From positions 1-58,868 of IMG/VR virus record IMGVR_UViG_3300017700_000348: 58,868 nucleotides of DNA, one strand, 5' to 3'. Positions within the stretch are counted from its first letter, which is position 1, and every line of letters starts with the position of its first letter. Positions 26,443 to 35,958 of this stretch are shown here, piece after piece. This stretch comes from a virus. Its lineage: Duplodnaviria; Caudoviricetes. The notes under the pieces were generated by a model. That model saw only the letters and a program-made list of their open reading frames with translations. It searched no databases and was not told the origin of the DNA. The translations under genes were made by a program, and so were the position numbers.

Positions 26443-27162
26443 TTAATAATTAATGAGTGGTGGAGCTGACATTGCTTTTTCAATAAGCAATCCAAAATTA
26501 GGAGGCTCATAGTCAGCTAGGTTGCCTGTCCTGTTGCGAGCCATGACATTCATATTTCCATTGCATTGAAAAGCTAAATGCTCTCCCGGCATATTAGGGA
26601 TTGCTTGCGTCTTAGCTAGCCTTAGAATGAAGTCATATAAATGAGGAACATCTACAGGAAGGACTTTGCCGGGGAAGTATGGTCTACGCAACGATTGATA
26701 GTCTACGTCTGCTATTTCCTCCTTACAAATTAGATATACATGCTTATAGCGAGTGTAAAACAATGTACGCAAATGCTCCATTGTATTTCTCGCCATATCT
26801 CCATAAGCAGCTTGCCCATGAACCTTATTGCCAGCTTTGCTGGTGCCTGTCAGAGCAGCATTTAAATAAATATCTGCCATCTGAGAGCCGCTATCAATTC
26901 CTAGCGTATCAAAATTTTTTGTTTCAGTAGAATTAAAAAACCATTTAAAAAATTCATCCACTCGCTGAGAAGTGTAAGCTTCATATGTGGGAATAGTTGA
27001 ACCGCGCATAGACAGCAATCCAGCTTCAGTAGCTAGCAGCACTGGCCTAGGAGCTGTATTTAAAATTGGTGTTTTGCCAGTACCAGCAGGGCCGTACACA
27101 ATAGCTTTTACACCAAAGTTATTGGCATGGTCACCAGCAGCTTTTAAATCTCTAATGTCCAT
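26443..27162 (-). CDS. AAA/Sak4-like recombination ATPase
   Basis: KAIVYGPAGTGKT, EAGLLS, IDS and AYG motifs; near the SSB and nuclease genes. Confidence 0.8.
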   Translation of the reverse strand: MDIRDLKAAGDHANNFGVKAIVYGPAGTGKTPILNTAPRPVLLATEAGLLSMRGSTIPTYEAYTSQRVDEFFKWFFNSTETKNFDTLGIDSGSQMADIYLNAALTGTSKAGNKVHGQAAYGDMARNTMEHLRTLFYTRYKHVYLICKEEIADVDYQSLRRPYFPGKVLPVDVPHLYDFILRLAKTQAIPNMPGEHLAFQCNGNMNVMARNRTGNLADYEPPNFGLLIEKAMSAPPLINY

Positions 27163-27341
27163 TAGGATTGCTTTTCAATAATTAGAACGTCAATTTCATC
27201 TTTAAATTTGTCTAAAGCAGCATTTGTGATTTCTTCTCTACGCTTAACTCTCAATTTCATATTATCAAAAGTTTCAAACAAAGCTCTGCCAATTTTAGTT
27301 TTACCTGAGCCTTTAATACCTTCAATTGTGATTGTGATCAT
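27162..27341 (-). CDS. 59-aa mini P-loop protein
   Basis: MITITIEGIKGSGKTKIG...DVLIIE; overlaps both neighbours at start and stop codons. Confidence 0.6.
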   Translation of the reverse strand: MITITIEGIKGSGKTKIGRALFETFDNMKLRVKRREEITNAALDKFKDEIDVLIIEKQS

Positions 27342-27658
27342 TTTTTAATCCTATCATCTTTAAATTCTATCGGAATAAAACCATTTGTAGCAATTCGAGC
27401 TGCACAAATGCCGTCAATGTTAATCCAAATCATTAAGCCATCATGGCGTACATTAATTTCTACGCCAGCCTTAGCGGCTGTATCGCCTAGATATCGAACC
27501 TCTTTAAATTCAGGAGGGTTGATCATTTCTAATTGCTTTCTTTCTTCTTCAGCTTCTCTGCTGTATTCCTCCATTGCAGCCATTTCCCATTTAGGCAATG
27601 GTCCTCTATAATGAGCTTCATACTCTGCCCTACTAGGGAAGCCTCTATGGCCTGTCAT
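27338..27658 (-). CDS. hypothetical protein
   Basis: Coupled ORF in the operon. Confidence 0.55.
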   Translation of the reverse strand: MTGHRGFPSRAEYEAHYRGPLPKWEMAAMEEYSREAEEERKQLEMINPPEFKEVRYLGDTAAKAGVEINVRHDGLMIWINIDGICAARIATNGFIPIEFKDDRIKK

Positions 27659-28173
27659 TTTTTCTTCCCCTTAGGCTCTTTAATTTCTAATGTCGGAGCA
27701 GCTTCAGTGATGGTCAGCATCTCGCCAATGATTGACAATGCAGTCTGAGCAAACTGGCTACCTTTCTCTTTATCCTCCTGAAGCTGACGATACTCAGTCA
27801 GCAGGAAGTTTGGTTTCCAGCTTACAAGCCTATCGGCAATCGCTGAGCCTGCTGCTCCCATATTAGCTAGCTTTTCAAGGCAAGCCTCTACAGTATCATT
27901 GTCAGCTAGGTTGTAATTGTATTTAACTCCAGCCTTAAGCTGATATCCTTCCCCAAGCTCCTTAGTATTCATACCTTCTTTAGGCTTAGGAAATTCGCGC
28001 GTTACAATATATTTACGCAGCTCCATTTCCTCAGCTTTGGCAGTTTCAATAGCGTCTTTCTTCTTCTGCCATTCAAGAAGCAATTCATCATTAGTCAGCT
28101 TATCGTAAGGAGAGGAGGGCTTAGGGTCTGAGGGCCAAGCTGTAGCAGTCTGAGTAGGCCAAGCATTATTCAT
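27655..28173 (-). CDS. conserved phage replication-arm protein
   Basis: E.ELR..I......EG.N..EL..GY.LK motif; GGAG RBS. Confidence 0.6.
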   Translation of the reverse strand: MNNAWPTQTATAWPSDPKPSSPYDKLTNDELLLEWQKKKDAIETAKAEEMELRKYIVTREFPKPKEGMNTKELGEGYQLKAGVKYNYNLADNDTVEACLEKLANMGAAGSAIADRLVSWKPNFLLTEYRQLQEDKEKGSQFAQTALSIIGEMLTITEAAPTLEIKEPKGKKK

Positions 28174-28174
28174 T

Positions 28175-28288
28175 TTAAACTCCCAACACCTTTCCAGCAT
28201 AGCCAAGGAACATAGCAAAGCAATAGAAACCTAGTCCAGCCATTAGGAGCCAAAACATAATGCCGCCTATGGTCCAAGGATTAGGCAT
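28175..28288 (-). CDS. 37-aa membrane peptide
   Basis: MPNPWTIGGIMFWLLMAGLGFYCFAMFLGY; coupled to the upstream stop. Confidence 0.45.
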   Translation of the reverse strand: MPNPWTIGGIMFWLLMAGLGFYCFAMFLGYAGKVLGV

Positions 28289-28617
28289 TAGCTAGCCTTT
28301 TTGACTATGGGCCAAGCATTAAGACTTTTGCTAGCTTGGCTTTGCTCAATAATACCAGCCTCAATCTTAGCTCCATCGGCTTTATCAACCAACACCTTAT
28401 CAATCTGGTGCTGCATTCGTCCAGAGCGATCAAATAACAATGCCAGCCTAATATCAATTAGGTCCAAGAAAGCATCATCATTTTCATCCCACTTAGCAAT
28501 ACCTAAGACTGTAGTGTGGGCAGACATAAAGCTACGGCGCATTGCAGTACGATGCTCAAGCCATAGAGCTTTATCATCAGTATCTAGTGATTTAAGAATT
28601 TCGCGAACATCAAGCAT
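28288..28617 (-). CDS. hypothetical protein
   Basis: AAGGAG RBS. Confidence 0.55.
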   Translation of the reverse strand: MLDVREILKSLDTDDKALWLEHRTAMRRSFMSAHTTVLGIAKWDENDDAFLDLIDIRLALLFDRSGRMQHQIDKVLVDKADGAKIEAGIIEQSQASKSLNAWPIVKKAS

Positions 28618-29014
28618 TAGAAGGCTCCTTATAGCCAAGCTTTTTGAGCGCTGCGTTTAATTCTTTAAGTGACTTGGCCAGCCTATCACGATTTGCAGTA
28701 TGACTATCCAATGTAGCTTGAGCAGCTTTAACATTAGTGTCGTAGTTATCATGCTGCTGAGTTTCTACAAGACGCTTGTTGAGCAATACATTGATAGCTG
28801 AATTAGGATGATCCACTTTAGTTTCCTTTATAAAATCAACTGCTGTTGCGAGCATAGTGTTTTGACGTTCAATATAGCCATCAGGAATATAAGTTAGTGG
28901 TCTACTTTGCCTATACCTTCTGTCACTCATTATATCTTCATATTCATTGCGGCATCTATTGCAGCCACATTTACGCAATTCATATAATTTTTCATCAATG
29001 TTTCTACAAGACAT
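28610..29014 (-). CDS. hypothetical protein with CxCxxC and a coiled coil
   Basis: GAGG RBS; CGCNRC. Confidence 0.55.
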   Translation of the reverse strand: MSCRNIDEKLYELRKCGCNRCRNEYEDIMSDRRYRQSRPLTYIPDGYIERQNTMLATAVDFIKETKVDHPNSAINVLLNKRLVETQQHDNYDTNVKAAQATLDSHTANRDRLAKSLKELNAALKKLGYKEPSNA

Positions 29015-29241
29015 TATTTTACCTCAATTACTTTGCTCTTAAAGCTGATGATAAAATTAACAAAGACTAGCGCTTCATCTTCATCATCAAATTGAGCGCT
29101 AGCTGAAACTGAATAGACTTGCTTTGGCATTGGAGGAGCAGGCTGATTAAAAGGAGGGGCGGGCATTGGAGGAGGAGCTAGCGAAGTGACGGAATTAGGA
29201 TTGATAGTTAAGCTAATATTTTTCATTTTCCATTCTCTCAT
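29014..29241 (-). CDS. hypothetical Pro-rich protein
   Basis: ORF near the start of the leftward operon. Confidence 0.45.
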   Translation of the reverse strand: MREWKMKNISLTINPNSVTSLAPPPMPAPPFNQPAPPMPKQVYSVSASAQFDDEDEALVFVNFIISFKSKVIEVK

Positions 29242-29471
29242 TTAATATTTAAACCGACAGTTATGGTGGGATAATATAGCCTCTCATTTCTGAGCTACTT
29301 TTTAGGTAGACGGCTCATGGTGCCTCCTTTTGCTATCGCCGGATACCCCCGGCAGGGCCTTTTGAGTGGTCGCAGCATACAGGGAGGAAAAATGAAGTCA
29401 ACGAGAAATTTTAGCTTGCCATAAAAAAAGTTGTAGTGCATTTTGGCAACTCGAAAGGAAGCCTTCCCCTC

Positions 29472-29996
29472 ATGCCTACAGTTTTATATAAAGACTTCAA
29501 TACGCTACCTGATGTTTCGGCAGTATATGTAGTGTGGAGAGGCGCGGAATGTCTATATGTAGGAAGCACATTAAGGCTGCGTCCTAGAATTAAAGGGCAT
29601 CACAAAAAAGAGTTATTTTTAAATACCGATACTATTGAATACTTTCCTTGTGATGTTCAATGGCTGGGGACATATGAAGCTCATAAAATCAAAGAGCTTC
29701 TTCCGAAGTTTAATTCTTATAGCAGTAGAAAAAAAATAGCAGGGCCTAACAATATGAGCTTGTCTTTAGGCAAGCCTTATAGCCCTTTAGGTATGAATGA
29801 AGCTACTTCATTTAGAGATCATACTATTTATTTGCTCAACTCGCAACATGAAAAAAGTTTGGCTAAAATAGCAAAAGATTTAAATTTAAATTATGCTTGG
29901 TTGTCTGCATTTAGTAGAGGTAAATGCATTAATCCCGGTGTAAATACAGTACAGAAGCTATATGAGTATCTTACTGACTCTAAGCTGGCTGTATAA
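29472..29996 (+). CDS. GIY-YIG-like nuclease domain fused to an XRE-type HTH
   Basis: AVY.......LYVGST..L..R...H...E....P.FN, then LAKIAKDL.L...WL..F..G...NPGV..VQ.LY. Confidence 0.7.
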   Translation: MPTVLYKDFNTLPDVSAVYVVWRGAECLYVGSTLRLRPRIKGHHKKELFLNTDTIEYFPCDVQWLGTYEAHKIKELLPKFNSYSSRKKIAGPNNMSLSLGKPYSPLGMNEATSFRDHTIYLLNSQHEKSLAKIAKDLNLNYAWLSAFSRGKCINPGVNTVQKLYEYLTDSKLAV

Positions 29997-29997
29997 T

Positions 29998-32322
29998 ATG
30001 GTTGGTCTATTCAGCAATATCCCTGATGAATTGCGCCGTTTAAAACAATGGTGCTTGTGGAAATATGAGGACGCAGGAGCTGCAAAGCCTACTAAGGTCC
30101 CGTATCAACCTAATGGTAGATTGGTTAGCGTAAATGAACCTACAACTTGGTCAACATTTGAAGATTGTTTTAATTCTTTCAATACAGGTGGCTACTCAGG
30201 GATTGGGTTTATCTTTAGTGATAGTGACCCTTACTCGTTTATTGACCTAGACGACGCTGAAGGTGACAATACAGTATTAGAGAGACAACTTAAAGTCTTT
30301 CATGAATTTGATAGCTACTCTGAAGTATCGCCTTCAGGTAAAGGCTTACATGTTATTGTTAAGGGTAAAATTCCTGCTGGTAGACGTAGGAGCAAGATAG
30401 AAGTCTATTCGTCGCAGCGTTATGCGACCATGACAGGAAATGTTTACAATAATAAGCTTGTCATTAATGAGCGACAAGATTTGCTTACTCGCCTATGGGA
30501 GCAAATGGGCAGTGGCCCTGTAGCTCAGTCATTGTATCGTGGTGATGACAAGGAAACTGATACAGATGAAGTCATCATTCAAAGAGCTACAGATGCAGTC
30601 AACGGCGATAAATTCGTTAAGCTTCTTAAAGGTGAATGGCAGGACTTATACGGTTCTCAATCGGAAGCAGACTTCGCTTTCATCGATATGCTTGCCTTCT
30701 ACACTCAAAATAGACAACAGATTATACGCTTGTTTAGGGGGAGCCCTTTGGGCTTTAGAGACAAGGCCAAGCGGAGTGATTATGTATCAGGTATGATTAG
30801 CCGGTCATTTGACCGGATGCTACCACCATTAGATTTTGATGGTTTGAAGAATGCAATAGAGCTAAAGCTTGCTGAGCCTGAATTACCATTAGGAGATAAA
30901 AATGAAGCTGGCGATAGGACTAATAATAGTAGCAATAGAGCTTCGCATACTAGCGATATACTGGCAGCTAGCAATGATCTACCTCCCGGCCTTCTAGGCG
31001 AGATTGCCAGCTTCATATACCAAGCCGCGCCGCGTCCAGTACCTGAGGTAGCTCTAGCCGCTGCAATCGGCCTTATGAGTGGCATTTGCGGTAGAGCATA
31101 CAATATCAGCGGCACTGGTTTAAATCAATATGTGCTGCTCCTAGCCATGACAGGAGCCGGTAAGGAAGCTGCTGCATCTGGCATCAATAAGCTGATGAAT
31201 ACAATTAAGATGCAGGTTCCTACCAGCTCTGGTTTTATTGGCCCATCAGAAATCAGCTCAGGCTCAGCGCTATTTAAATACTTAGGTAATACCAGTCAAT
31301 CATTCATCTCCCTGTTAGGCGAGTTTGGTTTGCGCCTACAACAAATGAGCAGCCCCAATGCCAATGGCTCTGAAGTTAGTCTTAGGCGTATGTTTCTTGA
31401 TTTGTATAATAAGTCTGGATATTCGGAAATTCTCCACGCTTCAGTATATTCTGACAAAGCTAATAATACTAGCGCTGTGCCTTCACCTTCTTTTAGTATC
31501 TTAGGTGAAAGCACTCCTGAACGGTTCTATGGTGCCCTTAACGAGGATATGATTAGCGAAGGTCTATTGCCGCGTTTCCTTCTGATCGAATACAAGGGCA
31601 ATCGTCCTCCACTCAATGAGCATCACACAGCCGTCATACCCTCTTTCTCCATTATCGAAAAATTAGCTGCTCTAGCCGCGCAATGTGAGACTGTCAATCA
31701 TTCTAATCCTAGGAGAGTTATTAATGTTCAATCCTCTCCTGAAGCTGCTAAGCTGCTATATGATTTCGATAAATATAGCGATAATCGTATTAATAGTTCT
31801 AGCAAAGAAGTTATACGACAGCTCTGGAACCGTGCCCACATTAAAGTCCTCAAGCTCTCAGCATTGATTGCTGTTGGCAACAATATGATTGAGCCAACAA
31901 TTAGCGCTACTGATATGCAATGGGCTGCTAACTTAGTTCAGGCTGACATTGCAGCTCTGACTGAGCGTTTTGAGGCTGGTGAAATCGGAGCTAATAGCTT
32001 TGAGGTTAAGCAGGCTGGTGAAATTATTCGCACCATTAAAAATTATGTTCTTTCACCTTATGAGGAAGTCAGCAAGTATTCTAAATTTCCAGCATTACAT
32101 TCTGACAAAGTTATTCCTTATGCTTTTATTCAACGTAAGCTAGTTTCGGCTGCTGCGTTTCGCAATGATACTAAAACTGGAGCTACTAATGCTCTCAAGC
32201 GAGCTATTCAAAATCTTATTGATAGTGATAGGATTAAAGAGTTAGGTAAACATTGGGCACAAGAAAAGTATGGAACTTCTCAGCGTTGTTTTGTGGTAAA
32301 TGATCTTACAATATTAGATTAA
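29998..32322 (+). CDS. primase-polymerase (AEP, NrS-1-like) fused to a DUF3987-type helicase
   Basis: KVPY, TWSTF, GIGF, IDLD, E.SPSG.GLH, SQSEAD, TGAGKE and GLLPRF motifs. Confidence 0.85.
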   Translation: MVGLFSNIPDELRRLKQWCLWKYEDAGAAKPTKVPYQPNGRLVSVNEPTTWSTFEDCFNSFNTGGYSGIGFIFSDSDPYSFIDLDDAEGDNTVLERQLKVFHEFDSYSEVSPSGKGLHVIVKGKIPAGRRRSKIEVYSSQRYATMTGNVYNNKLVINERQDLLTRLWEQMGSGPVAQSLYRGDDKETDTDEVIIQRATDAVNGDKFVKLLKGEWQDLYGSQSEADFAFIDMLAFYTQNRQQIIRLFRGSPLGFRDKAKRSDYVSGMISRSFDRMLPPLDFDGLKNAIELKLAEPELPLGDKNEAGDRTNNSSNRASHTSDILAASNDLPPGLLGEIASFIYQAAPRPVPEVALAAAIGLMSGICGRAYNISGTGLNQYVLLLAMTGAGKEAAASGINKLMNTIKMQVPTSSGFIGPSEISSGSALFKYLGNTSQSFISLLGEFGLRLQQMSSPNANGSEVSLRRMFLDLYNKSGYSEILHASVYSDKANNTSAVPSPSFSILGESTPERFYGALNEDMISEGLLPRFLLIEYKGNRPPLNEHHTAVIPSFSIIEKLAALAAQCETVNHSNPRRVINVQSSPEAAKLLYDFDKYSDNRINSSSKEVIRQLWNRAHIKVLKLSALIAVGNNMIEPTISATDMQWAANLVQADIAALTERFEAGEIGANSFEVKQAGEIIRTIKNYVLSPYEEVSKYSKFPALHSDKVIPYAFIQRKLVSAAAFRNDTKTGATNALKRAIQNLIDSDRIKELGKHWAQEKYGTSQRCFVVNDLTILD

Positions 32323-32329
32323 GTAATCA

Positions 32330-32560
32330 AAGTATAATGGAAAAAGGCCGTTATAATGGGGGTTTTTATGAGCTAAGTGCTTGAAATCACTATTATACTT
32401 TCAGAGTATGATGGGTATAAAAGTATAATGGCTTTAAACACCCCCTCCTAGGCCCCCTAAACTACCTATTTCTCTCTCTATTATACTTATTATATATATT
32501 ATATAGACTAGGTTTTAAGGGGTTTTCGTGTTATCCGAGCCGCTAAACGGCGTTATACTG
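32330..32560. other. candidate replication origin with AGTATAAT-type iterons
   Basis: About 7 direct or inverted copies plus an AT-only tract, directly after the primase. Confidence 0.55.
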
Positions 32561-32765
32561 AGAATTGCTTAACTGTAGGGATGTTGAGAATGATAAAGCG
32601 ATACTACGCAGCACAAGACGGCAAAGCTTTAGTACAAGTCACTACCGAATTAGGTAAGAATAACATTCAAATTAGTGTAGGCAACTCAAAACTGGACTGG
32701 CATTCTATAGTTTTAAATGAGGAGCAGAGCGAAGGGTTTAAAAAGTTTATGAGGGATAATGACAT

Positions 32766-32984
32766 ATGAGCAAGCCTGAAGATATTTCACACATAGCAAA
32801 AGAAGTAATGCAAACTGGCAAGCTAACTAACGAGCATGTTAGTGAGCTGGCTAAGATGACGGCTAAACAGGTCTATACTCAGGGATGGAACGCAGCTATT
32901 GAGGCAGCGGCTTTAAAATATCTAGAGAGTTATAATATGAAAGTTGGAGAGATTATGGAGAAAATTAGGGAGATGAAGAAATGA
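32766..32984 (+). CDS. hypothetical protein (WNAAIEAA family)
   Basis: GWNAAIEAA motif. Confidence 0.6.
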   Translation: MSKPEDISHIAKEVMQTGKLTNEHVSELAKMTAKQVYTQGWNAAIEAAALKYLESYNMKVGEIMEKIREMKK

Positions 32985-33310
32985 AAGACGATAGCTTGAG
33001 TGATGTTACCTTTTGCAATACTAAAGAAGGAATGCACCAGAAAGCTAAAGAGCTTGGAATAGCAGCTTACAATTTAGGTTGTGGTTGTCTCGATTGTGAA
33101 GTGGCATTTAATAAGATGCTTAGTGAAGTAGGTCCAGCCCCGATCAACAAAGCGACGGATAAAGAAGTGTGGGCAGCAGGACTAATACCGGGATTGATAA
33201 ATTATAGTGAGCTAGAAATAAAAGCTTGGAATGCTGCAATTGAAGCGGCTGTTAATAAAATTGAAGGCGCTCCGTTGTTTGCAAATGAGATAAGGAAATT
33301 AAATAAATGA
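32981..33310 (+). CDS. hypothetical protein (WNAAIEAA family)
   Basis: AWNAAIEAA motif; paralogous C-terminus to the upstream gene. Confidence 0.6.
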   Translation: MKDDSLSDVTFCNTKEGMHQKAKELGIAAYNLGCGCLDCEVAFNKMLSEVGPAPINKATDKEVWAAGLIPGLINYSELEIKAWNAAIEAAVNKIEGAPLFANEIRKLNK

Positions 33311-33657
33311 GTGTGAAAGGTCTATTGATAGAAGATACTGCAATAAAAGCTCGTTTGCATTTTAATGTATTTGCAGGACAAATTTCTGTCATTCCTATTG
33401 TTGAGAAAATAGGAGATAGCATAGCACTAGACCGCAACCAAGCTCACTTACTGTATCTTTATTTGAAGGAGCATTTAAATGTCTAAAGTTAAACGCTTTG
33501 TATGGATGGCTGGCTATACCTATTATGCCTCAGGGGGCTTTCACGACTTTAAGGGAGAGCAGAAGGCTATTGATTTTGTAGCTATGCTCAAGAGCAATCC
33601 TAATAATTGTGTTGTTGAAGCTAAAATAAGAATTTTGAATAATATTTAAAAATTAAG

Positions 33658-33687
33658 TTGACAGGGGTAGATTAGCCGTGTAGAAAG
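33658..33687 (+). promoter_or_regulatory. repeated early promoter TTGAC-N13-CCGT-GTAGAAA
   Basis: Motif copy followed by a GGAG RBS and a small ORF. Confidence 0.75.
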
Positions 33688-33898
33688 GTTGGTAACGGAA
33701 CAGATGGAGAGAGCAAATGGCTAAAGCAACAATCAAAGCTCGCAATGAACTTTTTAAGATCATTGAAATGGTCAATAAAGGTCAGTCAGTTGGTTTGTCT
33801 AATTCTAAGCTTATTGTAGCAGCTAAAGAGTTTGATGCTGAAGGTTTGATTAAGCTCCATGATAATTATGTTTGTGAGCGTTTATTTTAAAATAACAG

Positions 33899-33928
33899 TT
33901 GACTAACTTAAGCTAGCCGTGTAGAAAT
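33899..33928 (+). promoter_or_regulatory. repeated early promoter
   Basis: TTGAC-N13-CCGT-GTAGAAA. Confidence 0.75.
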
Positions 33929-33955
33929 AGTGTATCAACTGAAGGGAATGAGAAA

Positions 33956-34156
33956 ATGATCAGCCTAAACGAACAGCTCAACTCTAAGTATGCTGAAGGT
34001 CTTTTCGCAGTTGTTTGTACTAATGAGGTTGTTATCCCGGTTCGTAATCGCTCGATGATCCGCGCAGCTAAGGATGGCCAGGGCTGCTATATCCAGCGCG
34101 GTAAGAAAGAGATTTATGTATTTGCCTATCAAATTAAGTTTGCAAAGAATGCTTGA
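33956..34156 (+). CDS. small early protein
   Basis: Downstream of a motif promoter; its stop TGA lies within the next TTGAC. Confidence 0.6.
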   Translation: MISLNEQLNSKYAEGLFAVVCTNEVVIPVRNRSMIRAAKDGQGCYIQRGKKEIYVFAYQIKFAKNA

Positions 34157-34384
34157 CAATTTTTAAATTAAGTGTATTGTCTAATTGTCAGCAAAATGGA
34201 GATGTAGATGTATATGACCGGAATGACCAACTTCGCTAGCTTGGCTGAAGCTCAGATTAATCAGCCTATTCACAATAAGAACTATGTGATTGAAGCTCAC
34301 AAAGACGGAACAGCTTCAATTGTTTATCTTCAGGATAAGCCGGTTCAAAAGGGTCAAGTTGAGTATAAAGGATAATAAGAAAAT

Positions 34385-34411
34385 GGGAGCGCAAATGCTC
34401 CCTAGTTTTTT
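34385..34411 (+). terminator. intrinsic terminator
   Basis: GGGAGC-GCAAAT-GCTCCC followed by a T-tract. Confidence 0.7.
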
Positions 34412-34421
34412 AACTTAACGC

Positions 34422-34450
34422 TTGACACTTTAAAACTAACCGTCCATAGT
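34422..34450 (+). promoter_or_regulatory. repeated early promoter
   Basis: TTGAC-N13-CCGT-CCATAGT. Confidence 0.75.
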
Positions 34451-34475
34451 GGACAAATCAAATGGAGAATGACAA

Positions 34476-34646
34476 ATGAAGAATGTTAGCATGGGTTCCA
34501 AGAAGAAGGTTTTCAAGTCCATCAGGCTCGCTGCTGAGGCTGCTGGAGTGCCTTACATGACTTTTTATATGCGGTTGCGAGCTGGTGATAAGCCTGCTAC
34601 TGCGGCTAAGAAGCCGGTTCGGAAATATGTGAAGCAGGAGGCTTAA
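34476..34646 (+). CDS. small HTH-like DNA-binding protein (56 aa)
   Basis: FKSIRLAAEAAGVPYMTFYMRL..G; GGAG RBS. Confidence 0.6.
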   Translation: MKNVSMGSKKKVFKSIRLAAEAAGVPYMTFYMRLRAGDKPATAAKKPVRKYVKQEA

Positions 34647-34880
34647 GTGAACCAGAAACAAAAAGATACACTTAATAAATTTATCGGTACACTTGAGGAA
34701 ATCAAATCTGAAGTGGAAAATGCTCAATCTGAGGAACAAGACAAATTTGATAATATGAGTGAAGGATTGCAACAGACTGAGCGTGGACAAGCTATTGAAC
34801 AAGCTGCTTCTGATTTAGGAGATGTTGTAAATAGTTTGGAAAATGCTATTAGTGAATTGACTAATGTGGTAGGTATGTAA
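34647..34880 (+). CDS. acidic helical early protein
   Basis: EEQDKFDNM.E.LQ..ERG motif; AGGAGG RBS. Confidence 0.65.
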   Translation: MNQKQKDTLNKFIGTLEEIKSEVENAQSEEQDKFDNMSEGLQQTERGQAIEQAASDLGDVVNSLENAISELTNVVGM

Positions 34881-34888
34881 TTTCACTA

Positions 34889-35085
34889 CCTCTATGCAGC
34901 AATGATCAAAGGTTGGAATAGGTTGTCCAATAGGACCGCATTGGCGGGCTGAGGGTAGCAACTGACAAGCAACAGAATGCTTTCCGTAAAAGAGCCTAAG
35001 TCTAAGCTCAGGATGCATAGAGGAGCTACCTTGCTACTGCCTGAGTGCTGATGTAGCCTGCTAGCAAGGTAGCACTTTAATTTTT
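34889..35085 (+). ncRNA. candidate structured non-coding RNA
   Basis: 10-bp closing stem CCTCTATGCA/TGCATAGAGG enclosing short hairpins, then a 12-bp stem GCTACCTTGCTA/TAGCAAGGTAGC and a T-rich tail. Confidence 0.5.
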
Positions 35086-35349
35086 AAAATAGTAATTGAC
35101 ATTGTTGTAAGTCCTGTTATTGTATAAATACACCAGCAACAAGGAGCTTCCAATGTTTCTTTCTTACACGATCTTCTCAAACGCTGCTTGCACTGAAGTT
35201 CGCGAAGTGGTGAATGCTTATGGTAGCAAAGCTAACATGCTGCTGAAGGCATTCCGCAATGTTGGGAAGTGTGAGCCGAAAGAGGGTCAAATTATTGCTG
35301 GTTGCCGCATTGATCGTATCGGCTCAGAAGAATACAGGGAGGACTAACG

Positions 35350-35544
35350 ATGAAACATTCTCGTTATCTCTGCATTGGTCCCGGTGGCCGCAAATGCAAT
35401 TGTTGCTTTCCTTCTCCCGGTTCTAAAGCTCGCAGGCTGGAGTATCGCCGCGCTAAGAAGCTGGATAAGAAGGAAGCTGTTAAGGTTGAAATGAGCCAAT
35501 TGATTGATCGTGGTCCGGTAAACTTTGATAAGTTTGAAGGATAA
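35350..35544 (+). CDS. small basic Cys-containing protein
   Basis: GPGG.KCNCC; GGAGG RBS. Confidence 0.55.
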   Translation: MKHSRYLCIGPGGRKCNCCFPSPGSKARRLEYRRAKKLDKKEAVKVEMSQLIDRGPVNFDKFEG

Positions 35545-35547
35545 CTA

Positions 35548-35576
35548 TTGACAACTAAATTAATCCGTCTAAGTTA
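35548..35576 (+). promoter_or_regulatory. repeated early promoter
   Basis: TTGAC-N12-CCGT-CTAAGTT. Confidence 0.7.
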
Positions 35577-35600
35577 TGGCTAACAGATGGAGCTAAGCAA

Positions 35601-35771
35601 ATGACAGAATACTCTTATAAAGATAATCTAAACTCTGTTTATGATCCTGAGACAGGTTTATATGTAGTCATTGATGAAGATGGTTATGTGGTCAGCCATC
35701 ATGCTTCTAGGAAAGAAGCTAACGATAGAATAATCGAAACGCTGGCTAATCCTAAACTTGATAATCTGTAA
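35601..35771 (+). CDS. small acidic protein (YDPE family)
   Basis: GGAG RBS; YDPETGLYVVIDEDGY. Confidence 0.55.
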   Translation: MTEYSYKDNLNSVYDPETGLYVVIDEDGYVVSHHASRKEANDRIIETLANPKLDNL

Positions 35772-35958
35772 AGGATAAGCAAATGACTAAATCAGAGCTG
35801 TTCAAATTCGCTCATTCAATTGCCAAGTTTAAGAACATTGCTTTCTATGGTAGCTATGCTAAGGCATTTGGTGCTGTGTTGGCTGATTTGTATGCCAAGG
35901 GCTATCACAAGGGGCCTTGCACTGGATTTCAGATTGTTGAACCTCGGAGGCTTTGGGC

